Shown here piece by piece: positions 63,646-64,000 of a stretch of DNA of 64,000 nt (within the stretch, counting starts at the first letter, position 1; each line of letters starts with the position of its first letter). Origin of the DNA: Candidatus Fermentibacteraceae bacterium (GTDB lineage: Bacteria; Fermentibacterota; Fermentibacteria; Fermentibacterales; JCC-6). The translations under genes and the position numbers were made by a program. The notes below the pieces were generated by a model. The model worked only from the letters and a program-made list of their open reading frames with translations, was not told the DNA's origin and did no database searches. Location of the stretch: the NCBI GenBank assembly GCA_041750285.1, contig JBGSZS010000008.1, forward strand, positions 84,060 through 148,059. Direction: 5' to 3'.

Positions 63646-64000
63646 AATGAAGGATCATGCTCTTCACGTGCTCTTGATTCCTCTCTCCTTCTCGATGGCT
63701 TTCTGTGATCCGGCAAATCCCCTTCTGAACATCGACGGCTACTGGTCTGAAGGCTTCGGCCCTCCCCCGGACGGACAGGGCCTGAACACGTTCGTGGACG
63801 CAATAGAGACCATGGATGATTCAAGCCTCTGCGTCGGAGGCGGATTCATCGAGGCGGGCGGGATTACCGTCAACTGCATCGCGATATGGAACGGGAGCTC
63901 CTGGGAGGCTCTCGGGGGGGGCATGAACGCGAATGTCCGGGCAATTGCGGTGAGCGGGTCAACCATCTACGCCGGAGGGTACTTCACCCAGGCGGGCGGT
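63646..64000 (+). CDS. Repeat (beta-propeller-like, GGxFxxAGG repeats) protein, N-terminal part only; the gene runs off the window end
   Basis: Open frame from ATG 63646 with no stop to position 64000. Hydrophobic N-terminus. Repeats ..CVGGGFIEAGGITVNCIAIWNGSSWEALGGG.. and AIAVSGSTIYAGGYFTQAGG. A TTGCCA-N16-TATATT promoter-like element lies at 63578..63605. Confidence 0.4.

Noticed and set aside
1-64000. Search for CRISPR arrays, rRNA, IS elements and integrases
   Set aside because: No spaced direct-repeat arrays, no rRNA-like stretches, and no transposase or integrase ORFs were seen. The TA cluster plus tRNA-like fragment is the only hint of past mobility.

Overview
High-GC (about 60%) bacterial contig, most likely from an uncultured anaerobe of the FCB-type lineages. 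Two secreted proteins end in T9SS-type C-terminal sorting domains; PFOR, a 2-hydroxyacyl-CoA-dehydratase-like operon and a B12-radical-SAM enzyme point to anaerobic metabolism. Coding density is high and genes are often translationally coupled by 4-nt overlaps. Housekeeping anchors are asnS and a 1177-aa pyruvate:ferredoxin oxidoreductase, followed by a textbook intrinsic terminator. The rest is accessory-looking: two tandem type II toxin-antitoxin pairs next to a tRNA-like 3' fragment, a PUA-like-HNH endonuclease plus nucleotidyltransferase pair, two paralogous class-III-cyclase/STAND-ATPase/TPR giants, many lipoproteins and secreted hypotheticals, MATE, MFS, ZIP and CPA transporters, and a Mrp/ApbC Fe-S carrier. 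Candidates for new biology, best first: (1) a trypsin-like protease carrying a YbjN-like domain, coupled to a tandem-YbjN-like partner; (2) a 1385-aa PPDK-N ATP-grasp plus phospho-His swivel protein with no PEP/pyruvate barrel and a 900-aa unknown N-terminal region, co-transcribed with a divergent GAPDH-like enzyme; (3) a candidate secreted CxxU selenoprotein (in-frame TGA, SECIS-like hairpin) heading a redox operon; (4) an operon of three HgdAB-like subunits, one activase and a SAM methyltransferase; (5) two divergent, unrelated secreted proteins sharing the C-terminal decapeptide TFGAIKA[LV][YF]R; (6) a trio of CsgG/LpoB-like and LPP20-like lipoproteins. No CRISPR array, rRNA, complete tRNA or clear mobile element was found. 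All calls are by eye from motifs in the six-frame translations; no database search was run.
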